In this document: one piece after another, positions 1 to 11,700 of the stretch
How the letters are laid out: every line of letters begins with the position of its first letter
Numbering within the stretch: the first letter of the stretch is position 1
From: Octopus sinensis
Lineage: Eukaryota
NCBI RefSeq assembly: GCF_006345805.1
Contig: NC_043008.1
Location: 28,520,001-28,584,000 of the forward strand
DNA length: 64,000 nucleotides
Reading direction: 5' to 3'
Notes under the pieces: model-generated
Told to the model about the DNA's origin: nothing
Seen by the model: the letters and a program-made list of their open reading frames with translations, nothing else
Databases searched by the model: none
Position numbers and translations under genes: made by a program

Positions 1-91
1 CCGCTGTCCTCTTGTAGCCTCTGCTCTTCAGCGCAGCCGCAATCACCTCCCTAGGGCTATCTCCGCCCTAGGGCTATATATATATATATAT

Positions 92-245
92 AACGGGAAT
101 TTTATGAAAATAGACAAAAGACGAAGGCAGGTGGAAAAAAAACAAACAGTTGTATTAGTATGGCGCTCAGGAAATATAAATAAAACAAGTCTTTAACGTT
201 TCGAGCCTACGCTCTTCAACAGAAAGATACACATAGAAAAAAAAA
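92..245 (-). mobile_element. Short non-coding repeat carrying an HHR (PLE pseudo-LTR/retrozyme-like)
   Basis: Contains the HHR at 190-227. A related copy lies at about 24280-24420 (+). The 3' end abuts (TA)n at about 78-92. Confidence 0.5.
190..227 (-). ncRNA. Minimal type-I hammerhead ribozyme motif, core variant CUGUUGA (A6U)
   Basis: Minus strand reads UCUUU-CUGUUGA-A-GAGC(GUAG)GCUC-GAAA-CG-U-U-AAAGA. Helix I is 5 bp, helix II is 4 bp and helix III is the palindrome ACGU. Confidence 0.7.
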
Positions 246-271
246 ACACAGAAAGAAGGAGAGAAAAAAAA

Positions 272-303
<32 letters not shown>

Positions 304-410
304 ACATATATATAGTGTAGAAGATTTAGAGACATATTCTACCAGTGTTCATCATGGATAAATAGTGAAAAGAAACATATTTTCATATTTTTCAGACACA
401 CATATACATA

Positions 411-590
411 TGGTAGGCTTGCTTTCGTTTCCGTTGAGCAATTCCACTCACAAAACTTTGGTCCGAAGCTATTGTTGGAGACATCTACCGAACGTTCCAC
501 GCAGTGGAACTTAATCCGGTATTATGTGGTTGGGAAGCAAACTTCTAACCACACAGCCGCTGATAATAAACCAAATTATAATTTTATTTC
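411..590 (-). mobile_element. tRNA-headed SINE, 5' portion, degenerate
   Basis: The reverse complement begins GGCTGTGTGGTTAGAAGTTTGCTTCCCAACCAC and matches the head of the fuller copies at 23815-24185 and 60419-60853. Confidence 0.75.
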
Positions 591-1204
591 GGTAAAGCAA
601 ATTATATCCAATTTGAATGCATTTAATGTAGAACATGAAAGAGTCAATCTACATAGGTGAAATAGTTTCAAGTGAGGTCAGTCGTCAAATATTGAATCTA
701 AACGATTTATTCAATCATGTACTAGAAATACACGAAAACGAAATCCGCATATGTGGCTCAATTAAAATTAGTTATAAGTGTTGGAAAATAAAATGATAAA
801 TAAGAAAATATATATGTGATTAATAGGAAAGAATCTCCCTTAACGGAAATGATGCAGAATATCGTGATAATTTTGAGCACTATTTAAATAGACGAAATTA
901 TCAGTATTGATACTGCGATTCTTGAAATATAAGAAAAAATACCAACAAAATGTTTACAATTCAATTAGGTTGACGAGTTTTATAGGAAGTGGTATCTGAT
1001 TACGTATGTCTTAACTATAGAAAAACATAAAGATTTCGAATTGAATATAATACCAGAAATAAAATATTTCTTTAGTATAATACTTATATTGATAAAAGAA
1101 GTAAAATCGTCGCTATATAATTGTATCTACGAGAATTCTGCAGCACATTTTTAAAAAGTTTTACGAGTCAACAATTACCCCTAAAACACCGGATTAATAT
1201 CGCT

Positions 1205-1400
1205 TTCAAATTTTGTGTTGAAGGCTAGCAATTTCGGGGAAGGGTTTAAGTTTATTACATTAACCTCAGTGATCAAGTGACATTTATGTTATCGACACCG
1301 AAAGTCAAGGTCTACCGCAGTGAGATTTCACCGCAGAACTTGACGGACGAAATACCACTAAACATTTTGCCAAGCGTAGGAATAATTCTGCCAGCTAACA
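1205..1400 (-). mobile_element. Degenerate SINE (second family)
   Basis: Similar to 41761-41994, 30110-30320 and 51437-51660 (GACGAAATACC..CATTTTGCC..TTCTGCCAGCT segment). Confidence 0.6.
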
Positions 1401-2913
1401 ACCTTACAAATTTTGTATAATGCTCTAGTGATTCTACCATGCACTACCTCTAATTACTAGGTTAATATCAACAGTAAATTCGAAAACTGAAGTGCTGTCA
1501 GCTATTGTCTACAGGTTTCACAGTTTTTTTTTCTTATTCGTATTCATGTGTACAGAAGACAAAATTAAATGACCTTTCTGTTCTACTCTTTCACTAATCA
1601 TATGATCTCAAGCTTTTATTGATTTAAAATATTTAATGTTCCAAATATTTTCCCCTCTTAAAATACACATCGAACACCTATAAAATACTGCAACACACAC
1701 ACGCAGACACACACACACACACACAAACCCACACACACACATATATGCAATCCTATTTATATACAGCCCTAAAGATATGGTCTCTTTATATTAGTAACAA
1801 TATATATTGTTTCCATTATACTTGTCACATTTACTATTGGTGAAATACACTATATTAAACGTACTACTTCAATTATTTCGCCTTATTTATGTATTAACAT
1901 CATGTTTATTTTATATATATAACGCTAACAAATTTCAGTCTCTACTTAACAGGATTATAAAATGTGATAGAATTTATTCAATCACAGTAACACGTATGTA
2001 TAGAAAATAGATTAGAGAAGCTATAATTCATGGGTATGTCAACGAATAAATGCATCCAGATCAACAAAAATTCCGTAACCATACAAAATATGTGCAAATA
2101 TATTACAAATGTACACTTTTAGTCATGCTTACACTTAGATATGTACACACACACGTATATACACAGATTATTCCAAACATGAGACTGCTGACAGCTTACT
2201 CAATTATGATTTCCTCTTAGCTTAACGCATAACAAATAATGAAAGGAGTCAAACTCAGCTTTCAACAAAGAACACTGATAGAAGCACGCTACTGGACGAT
2301 TAAAAATTGAGTGGAAGAAGAAAGACACTTCAGGGGAGTGTTTTAAACATATAAAACAAAAGGAATTGCCTCCATTTAAACTTAAAGCGAAGTCGTTGGA
2401 AAAAGTACATTTGAAGTATGGTCTAGGCGTTCCAGGAAGATAATTTTGTGAGAAGTTCTTTAGAAAGTAAGTAGATGTGCACATACCAAAACTGAATTCT
2501 GTTTGACAAGGCTACATTTAAATTAATTGTTCTAAGTAACCGTCATAAAGTATCAACTGGAAACCTGAGAATACTGAAATTACCGAGGAAGTCTGTTTTA
2601 ATTTACAAGGAGATATGTGAAGACAGCGTATCATCAAAAGGTTGAAATGGAACATCTTTATAGTAATGTGATTGGTCCTGTCTACTCGCACTTGTTACTG
2701 CCCTCTATGAAGACAAGCATTCCAGGCGACTAGAAGATGCCGACAATTTCTACACAAGTCCATATTAGTGTATGAGTGCAACTTTATAAATATTTGCGAA
2801 ACTTATAGATTGGTCAGGAATGGCCCACAAGGATTTTTATGTCAATGTATAAACAATAATGTTTTGAGAGCGGTCATTGAATGAGAATGTGCTCCAATAC
2901 GAATGGAATTGTT

Positions 2914-3143
2914 TCTTGATATTTAGGATTCCTTAGTTTTGCATATACAGAATTGGTCCGACAATACTGATCCTTTATCTGAATAGAGTTGTGCATAAGA
3001 GAAAATTAATTGCTGCAATTGAAAGTAATTCTTGATATTTGCGATTCCCTTCTTTTGCATATATAGAAATGATTCGACAAGACTGATAATTTATCTGAAA
3101 AAAGGTGTGCATCACAGAATATTAATTTTGTCCGAACTGTTCA
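2914..3143. repeat. Diverged tandem duplication, period about 116 bp
   Basis: TTCTTGATATTT..GATTCC..TTTTGCATATA.AGAA..CGACAA.ACTGAT..TTTATCTGAA...GTGCAT occurs at 2914 and again at 3030. Confidence 0.8.
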
Positions 3144-3559
3144 TGTATATATATATGTATGTATATACCTACGTGCATACACACACACAAAGACATATAT
3201 ATATGACAATTTGACAGTTAAAATGAATAAGGACATTAATAGAACTGGTCATTTATTATTTTTACAGTGTATAATACTGCTTATCTAATTTAAATCTGTC
3301 CAGTGTACATTTCTGCTGCATAGACAAATCATAATTATATTTCCAAGCTGTTTCATTCATCTGGTTCATAGTCGATGCTGCTCTATTCAAGGTTCGACCT
3401 CTGCCGTGTTTTGAAGTGAACTAAGGGTATTTTGCTTCATTAACATATTTGCTAATGGACTATAAAGTTTTTTTATCGCAACGAAAGTGAGAGAGACATT
3501 TGGAAACCTGATGCGTTTACAAAAACGGTTAAGTTGACGTTATAATGACTTTATTCATT

Positions 3560-3756
<197 letters not shown>

Positions 3757-3808
3757 TGAAAAACAAGTCAAGATCAAAAATGCTAAAATAATTTTATAAA
3801 GAACATTT

Positions 3809-3845
3809 CAGTACCGGTTTCGGTCATTTGAGACATTTTCAACTG
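3809..3845 (-). ncRNA. Minimal hammerhead motif with U3-A8 core variant
   Basis: Minus strand reads CAG-UUGAAAA-UGUC(UCAAAU)GACC-GAAA-CCGG-U-A-CUG. Helix III is the palindrome ACCGGU. The base pair of helix II is a U/C mismatch in this copy. Confidence 0.6.
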
Positions 3846-4022
3846 TAACAGTTAAAAAAATCTAATTTAGAAAAATTAAAAGAAAATGTTTTTTTAAAGA
3901 ATATTTGTATAGTGTTCAAATATAAGTGACATTTTCCTTGTTTCTGCCATTCTCTGTCTCTCTTGTTTACTGTTGTATATTTATATTTATATATATATAT
4001 ATTATATATATATACTAATAAT

Positions 4023-4350
4023 AAAAGGGTAAACTTAATTAATTAATCAATAATTAGTAATTTTACCAAGTAGATCGGTACGTTAAAAGAACCTTTTTAG
4101 GTAAAATTATACAAATATTCTATAATTATAAACAGTTACAATTAGGTCTCAGTAATTGCTTCGCCACGCACCGAATGTAGAAATAGGAGCTCAAATTTTT
4201 CTAATACTGTAAAGATCTCCCAGACAGTAACACACTTTTACACCGGCAAAAAGAAAATATAACGAATCCACACGACTCAGGTTATCTACATACGCGTTTC
4301 GAGATTAAAGTAAATGTATATTTATATACTTATTTTCCATCTTCAGTGCA
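4023..4350 (-). mobile_element. HHR-containing non-coding interspersed element (family also at 54124-54470, 48551-48975 and 49065-49489)
   Basis: Shared motifs with the other copies: GATTCGTTA, CTGTC(T/C)GGGAGAT, CTATTTCTA, GAAGCAA, TAATTAA(G/T)TTTACCC. The 3' end abuts TA repeats. Confidence 0.7.
4287..4350 (-). ncRNA. Type-I hammerhead motif, intact core, long imperfect helix II
   Basis: Minus strand reads UGCA-CUGAAGA-U-GG...CUC-GAAA-CGCG-U-A-UGUA. Helix III is the palindrome ACGCGU. Predicted cleavage is between 4291 and 4290. Confidence 0.65.
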
Positions 4351-4560
4351 GTATTTCAAATATATATTTCACGGTGCTAGTATCAAATATGTATGCGATC
4401 GCGTGCCATCGCAAAACTGATATTTTACCAACACTTCCAAACATATACAGCCGAATGTGAACACATATCTATCCTCAATACCCACGTGTGTTTTACGAGC
4501 AATCCCGCAGAAACTGCAGTTTTCGATCAGGGATTAAATTATAATTTCAAAATTAATAAT

Positions 4561-4788
4561 AAAAGGGTAAAATTAATTAATTAATAATAATTTTACCATG
4601 TAGATCGGTACGTTAAAATAGCCTTTTTAGGTAGGTAAAATTATACAAAAAAGGTTTTTTACTGTCTGGGAGATCTTAACGGTAGTAGAAAATAAATTTC
4701 AGCTACTATTTCTAAATTCGGTGTGTGGCGAAGATATTAGCTAACACCTAATTATATTTATGTTTATAATTATAGTGATTTGTACGAA
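4561..4788. mobile_element. 5'-truncated, internally inverted copy of the 4023-4350 element
   Basis: 4561-4650 is a direct copy of about 4023-4115. 4660-4788 is the reverse complement of about 4105-4230. Confidence 0.75.
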
Positions 4789-4800
4789 GTGTCTGATTTC

Positions 4801-5672
4801 ATGGACAGTGTCGACTCTGAGTACGCAAGCGACTCGTAAGAGAGTACAGAAGGTTATGCGGCAGTTGTAGGAAAACAGCCAAAAGGATATAACATCAAGT
4901 CAGAAGCAGTAAAAAGATTTCAGCCAATTCTATGGAAGGTGGAGAGCTAACGTGAGGTCAACTCGCCCAAAGAAGTCATAGAGGAAACAAGAAGAACTGT
5001 AATGTAAAGTACGCTATCTATTCAAAGTAAAGATAGAGACAGCGTCCATCTACGAAATTGAAAAGGCTTTAATGCCTAATATGTTCAACTGGGCTTGTGT
5101 GAAAAGAGGGAAGAAATTCGGTACCGTGGAGGTACAAATCTTGACAGAGTACCTCGGCAAAAGAACCGCTAAAATTTCAATCAAAGGTTTACCCACAAAA
5201 TCAGACCGGTATCACTTCTGGCAGCCGCTTGCTCCAATATCAAGGAGAAAATTCTGCAGAACTCGTGTGGTAAGAGTTTACGTACAACAACTCAAGCCAC
5301 ATCAGCAGATCCGGAGGAAATAGCAGAATTTATAATTCTGCCAGATGAGAAAAAACTGAGAGTCGCAGTCCTGGACAGAATTCCAAGATGCTTCGGGCGC
5401 AGGCTGAAGGGGAACATAAGGAAAACGTGCCCCAGCCCCTTCAACCTGAAACACAAGAGGAACCAAACATGCAGCAAGAGAAGCTTAACAACGAATTGTC
5501 AGGGGAGGAGAAAGAGAAGCCTGAAGAGATAGAGAAGAGAGTGGAGAAGGAGAATGGCGAGTCGGTGGAAGCTAGAATGTCCACATCTACCGAGATTAGT
5601 GACATGAAACAGTTAGTTTCAGGGAGAAAAGAGTACTCGTACTCTTCCTCCTTCAAGCACAAAAAGTGGTAG
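4801..5672 (+). pseudogene. Decayed gag-like ORF1 of a non-LTR retrotransposon
   Basis: Stop- and frameshift-riddled frame starting MDSVDSEYASDS. C-FG-R-RLKG-N-IRKT-C at 5389-5430 has exact CX2CX4HX4C zinc-knuckle spacing with two single-base hits (TGC>CGC, CAC>AAC). A Glu/Lys-rich tail follows. Confidence 0.55.
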
Positions 5673-6489
5673 TCACACGAGATATTGAGTCCATTTCTTT
5701 TGATCCAGCACACTCTCTCTTCACGTGAAACCATTTGACGTCAAAAATGTATCAGGAAATGTCATTTTACCATTAGGAAACAAACTTCAGAATGAACGTC
5801 ACCCGTCCTGTTTCGATAGCATTTTATTTAATGTAGTCATAAAAAGCTACATCATAATATACACCATTCTATCATCAGATAAACTTCGAAATAGGTATGA
5901 TGTTTAAATCGATGGACATATTTGCGTGACTAGTGGCGTATTAAGTCATACAAGCAAAATTGTAAGAGAAATAGGTGTCGTTTAAAGCTAGCAATTGAGA
6001 TGCAAAGAAAACAAATCATATAATCATACAAAGAAAAAATCTAATTTCACTTACCTAAATAGACTCCTAATTCAACATAGACACAACATATTTTTCTCAT
6101 TGCTTAATTATATGCTTTCTTATCTTTGTTCCTTAATTGCCTATTTCAAACTCCACCTTCAAATTCTCCAAATTGCGCCAAAATTTTAAACATTATGATA
6201 TAATATTTAATGACTAAGATTAATTAAAATATTATCGAAATAGATGTAAATATTACACACTATTTGTGCATATATGTTTTATGTCTACGACAAGATAGGA
6301 CTGGGGAGATGAATCTATAGTTATTCACTGGATATTGTATTTGCATATATACGAAATCTTTCAGGCACTTGATGAGTTCAGCATTTTCTTTCCCTGTAAG
6401 TTCTATATAATAATACATAGCCATTTTCGGAGTCCTACAGATTGAGTTCCTAGATTCGTAAGAATCGTTACAATTAATATGGATATATA

Positions 6490-6551
<62 letters not shown>

Positions 6552-6583
6552 GTTCTGCTGAAAACTTAATAATGTGAACAAGA

Positions 6584-7853
6584 TACGAGCGGTATTAAAA
6601 AGTAACTGGAAACATTCTCTATGGAGCAAACATTCACTGCTAAAAGCCATTTGATGCAACTCTCAAGTGTTAGTCTGCTGACCGGCGTCCCAAAATGAAT
6701 TCGTGCTGCCAGGTGGGGCCTCATTTTTTGGCTGTGCTTCTCTCCTGTTCATCCATATTTGTGATGGCTGACACATAAGGACCCCGTGATTCAATGAAAT
6801 TCTGTTTTCCACTGGGAAAAATGGCAGCCTAAATAGCTGTCTTGCTTCAGACAACTCAGAAGGATGCTGCTATGAGTAAAACAGTTGAAGACCAACTTCG
6901 TTCAGGATGACCCTCGATGTCCCGAAGGAATGAAAGCTTCACGAAAATTCATTAACTGATCTTGGAAGACCGTCTCCGAATAATTGACGAACTTGTTGAA
7001 ATGACTTGTGTGTCCTGGAGCTGCTGCCTATCAATTTTGAGCGTAGAATTGCAATTGAAAAAAATACAACAAAATTTGTTCCTTGCTTGCTCACGGCAGA
7101 TCAAGAGCAGTCAGAAGTGAATGCGTGTCATGAACTGAAAGAACAGATGGACGTCGATCCGGATCTTCTTCGAAGGTTATCATTAGTGACGAAAGATGGT
7201 GCTACGGCTAAGACCTTGAAACATAGAGGCAGTCAAGTCAATAGAAGCATTCAATGTGTTACGCCCCAACAAAGTGCGTCATGTGAAGTGAAGTGTCAAG
7301 ACAATGCTGATTTGTTTCATCGAATCGTAAGTAATTGTCCACACAGGATTTGTTCTTTCTTGCGAAATAGATGTAAATATTACACACTATTTGTGCATAT
7401 ATGTTTTATGTCTACGACGAGAAAGAAGGACTGGAAGTGCTGAACCGCTTGCGAGACGCGGTGGAACAAAAACGCCCCGACCAATGGAAAAGTGGAGAGA
7501 GGTTGTTTCATCACGACAATGCGCAAGCGCATACCATCTTGATATTTGGAAAGTTTTTGATCAAAACTGGCATGACCTCGCTTATCTACACACCCGATTT
7601 TGTGTTGTTCCCCCGAATGAAAAATGTCCTTGAAGGATAACGTTTTGCAAATTTGGAAGAAGTAAAAAAATAAACGACAGAGGCGTTAAAAGTCATCACT
7701 TCGCAAGATTTCCAGTACAGCTTAGAACAGTGGAAAACTCGTAGACTGATGCATTGCTGCAAATGGAGAATACTTTGCTGGTGATAAATGTGTGAACATA
7801 GAAGTGAATGAAATAATATTGTAAAATTCCGATTCCTTTCGCGTAACCTCCCG
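6584..7853 (+). mobile_element. Decayed mariner transposon
   Basis: Remnants: FVPCLLT (WVPH-like), LEVLNRLRDAV, FHHDNAQAHT, YTPDFVLFPRMKNVLEG, RFANLEEVK. Degenerate TIRs: TACGAGCGGTATTAAAAAGTAACTGGAA and TTCCGATTCCTTTCGCGTAACCTC. Confidence 0.9.
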
Positions 7854-8651
7854 AACACTGGTGGAATGCGACCAAATGAGGCTTATCTTTCCACATCGAC
7901 CTTTTTGTGGCTCAAATATTTATTCCATCGATTGGCGTTCTTCGATCCCATTGTTGAAGAAGCTTTAATCCTGTTGGTCAAAAAATTCAACAGTCTATAT
8001 GACATCTCATTTATGCGTAGCTAGCAAATAGCCAAGTATTTTGTTTACGTTGGGGAACAGATGATGGGACCAAATTAAGAGAATAGCCACTTCTATCAAC
8101 CACTTCAAAACTATATTTATGATCAGCATCCATTGAGACCAAGGGCTTGTGCACTGGAGCATTTGCCTGATGAAATAAGGCCTCTTTCGTCAGTTTCGCT
8201 AGTATCGTCCATTGATTGTGTGACCATTTTGAATTTATTTTCTAAACAAAAACACATTTTGAATCCCAAAAGCGAGCTGGTCATCTCGTGTCCTGCAGGT
8301 GAAATGAACTTGGCCTTCCTTGGAGTATTGAGTAATACTGTTTCCACGGATTGTTTCTTTGTCTTAAATTCAGAGTTATGAAGTCAACACTCATCCTGGG
8401 TTAGGAATGCAAGGAGACCATCTGGATATGTCTCAAACAATCTTGGATTTCGCCGCAATATGATAGGCTTTTGATCAGGTATCATATGAGGTGGAGACCG
8501 GGTGTATGTATCCAATTTTGTTTCAGTAAACCACGATACACATCGTACCTTTTTTAGGAGTACCTACTGTTTTAGGGTTTCATTTAAGAGATCCTTTTAT
8601 CTCAACAGGGTACTTGAGAAATACAACTGCAATGTGGTCAAAATATTCATG

Positions 8652-8742
<91 letters not shown>

Positions 8743-11700
8743 GTGTGTGTGTATACACAAATATACAAAATGCATATATGCATATGACTGAGAAAAAGAT
8801 AGTTACACTCTGGGTATTCTGGCTTGTGAGGTGTCTATGCCAAGTGGTAACTGTGTCATTTGATAGGTTTTCCTATCATGAATCTCTGAAGCAAATTATA
8901 TAGAAATTTAAGTATCTTAACATGCTTCGCGTGTTGCTAGATGCTGTATGCTCCAAGAAAAATTATTTTCACCACCGGGTTTGTTGTAATGTGTTTTATC
9001 TCCCTTATGTATTTCAATTCTCCCTGTGTCATAAATCCTTTAGACTGACTGATGTATCAAGCTATAATTATTTGGAGACATGTACTTATAATAATATTAT
9101 ATTAAAATAAAATCAGCAAAATTGCATCTATTGTTAAGTATTCCGATTTCTGAGAATGATGGGAATGTTTACGCGAAGCATTTCAGACTACATTACTTAC
9201 AAAATACACATCGCTTCAAATCTCATGTAAGAATCAGACTCCTAGCTTTCAGTTTAATGCGTCGGCTTGTAACTTATATTTAGTTAACTTCTATAGATTT
9301 CACTAAAGTGTCTATGCTTAATAAAACATAATATAAATATCCTAATATCAAACGTTGGTAAAAACTGAATAATATTCCGCGTCTAATGATAGATATTTAT
9401 AACTGTATATATTAAAATATTCTCTTGGAAAATACGCGTCATATACTGTGAAAATATTAATTTTTATATCGCAGTTATTCATATCTAATATGAAATTATT
9501 TCATATCTATATGCAAACCTTTACAAGAGTGCAATGTATGCGTACATTGAAATGCTGTGAGTAGTTTGATTAACAGAACTAAAATGTCACGATTTGTAAA
9601 ATTGCGATTGCCACCTGGTACGAGTAGAAAGAATATTTTACAGGAAGCTTGAATTGATCTTGTGATGTCCATTTAGGGAAAATACTTCCCTCTGTGATGA
9701 CAACATGCAAAACCGCGATAGCTGATAAATCAAATGTGTTTCCATTAGCAGTATATAAATGGAGTGGATTAATTGAATCGTTAATGTTCTTGGAAAATGT
9801 AATTGAATTCAGTTACTGCGGGATTTAATTGCATACTACGCTAGTGAATAATTTATTTTAAATTTATATCTCTATCCAGCAGCGATAGATATATGTAAAA
9901 ATGTAAACATATGACAACTGGCAATGCGTTACATTATGCTTTACAATTAATGCAATATTCATTTTCCTTATATGATTTTGGAATTTTTGTAGCACACTCT
10001 GCTAACAGATATTCCTCAAAATTATTCTCTAGTAATAGCTCATTAAAAAGCGTCTAAAATAATACCAGATAAAAGTCCTCTAACTTGAAACCAGAAGTAA
10101 GATATTGCAACCAACGATATTATTGACCCTAATGATGAAAATTAACATTAAATTGGCGCACAAATGTTAATATCCATACATTTCTTTTTGGTGTACAAGA
10201 GTTTTAAGTTATGCACTCTTTGTCATGTTTGTCACAGAATGTCGATGGCAGTCATATACAATTTCGAAACTCCTTTAAGTTTAAATTCCAATTATATTAC
10301 AGAGGAGGTCATTGAAATGTAACAATTTATTTACTTAGCGATTGTCAGATAGAATGTGTAATAATTATTTGTTACACTGGTACCCGATATGCATATTCGC
10401 TTCTATTTATATGTCACTGTTCCTTGGCTGTACATGTGATAAGAGCATTTATTATTTCGATGGTAGATAGTTTTGTTGAAGCTAACATTTCGCACTTTCT
10501 CTAGAACTGAATGTAACATTTAGACAGTGTATCATATGGACGAGCATCATTATACACAGAATAATCCTCTCAACATACATGCAAAAATAAATTTTAAAAT
10601 AGTTCGTAATGTTCTAATTGTCGAGATATATTCTGGAAATACAAATATAGGGAGAGCGATCACTAAGCAAAGGAGGAAAGAATATAATTTCACTGAAACC
10701 ATTTACTTCTACTATGTTTAACTGAGATCATCGTTTGCAATATTTAAACAGTCATGAAATTCATTAATACAATTCATCTTTTCATTTGTAGTTACGGTAC
10801 ATTTTTAGTAACGAATCAACAATTAAAAACTTGCTTTATATTTTCAGATGTTTTGCACGAATCTGAGCCAGGGAATGGAAACATAAATAAACAAAACATT
10901 TTTAAAATGAATAATAAAATAAAAAAGTAAACTCATTTCCATGAGGTTATTGACACCAAAATAAAGTTGAAGCCACAAAACCAAATATAATCATCAGTGA
11001 AGACGTATCGAGATATTTGCTTGATAAATTAAAGAAAATATGTGATAGGAAAGAAATAAACCAAAATATTCGTTTTAATTCTGTAAAGGTTTCCCATTGA
11101 AAATGGTTACTAAGCATACTGTAATTATTTAACGCATCAGAGTTTTCAGGTAAATGTGTTCTGCAGTTAAAAAGGGATGCTTTGTTTAGCAACAATGGAA
11201 CAGATTGAAGAATCACATGAACCATGTTGTTGAATAGGATCATTTCAATACAAAACGAGGCTAATCTATTATTATATGACAAGAAAGAGTAAATAATATT
11301 TTATATTTCCGTGATTAAACTCACAGCGCCATAATCCATCCATCCTTAACGTTGAAGGAATTATATAGTACCTATAGTTGTGCTGTTACCTCCTTTCAAA
11401 TTTATAAAGAGTGCCATGCATATTTATTTATGTTCTTTCTGATTGAGTCGCCCTTCAAGTAAAATATTTTTTCCGGTCAAATATGATTTTAAAATCTTTA
11501 AGTTAATACTTTGATTTGAATGTTTGAGCTCCACATGTACACGAATTTCCTGATATGCGTGGTGTATCAATTATTAATTTCAAATGTATAAGCGAGTTTT
11601 GTATATGTTATTATTTCCTTTAACATTTGTTTCATTCGCCCCAGACAACGGCTAAAGATCTAAGAAATGATAATTGCATGCTAACAATTGCTTTCGAGTA

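Noticed and set aside
2239-2472. Exon-like stretch ending at a GTAAGT donor
   Set aside because: All plus-strand frames contain stops and there is no recognisable homology.
5803-5880. Minus-strand CUGAUGA...GAUAG/CUAUC hairpin...GAAA
   Set aside because: The helix II pairing consumes core bases, and there is no palindromic helix III, no valid UH site and no helix I.
10848-10930. Possible terminal exon after TTTTCAG (DVLHESEPGNGNINKQNIFKMNNKIKK*)
   Set aside because: A splice-acceptor-like motif alone is common in AT-rich DNA, and no upstream exon was identified.
10947-11300. Stop-free hydrophobic minus-strand frame of about 117 codons, with a vaguely transmembrane C-terminus
   Set aside because: A rough estimate at about 70% AT gives close to one such frame by chance in six frames of 64 kb. 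I found no recognisable motif and no convincing partner exons.
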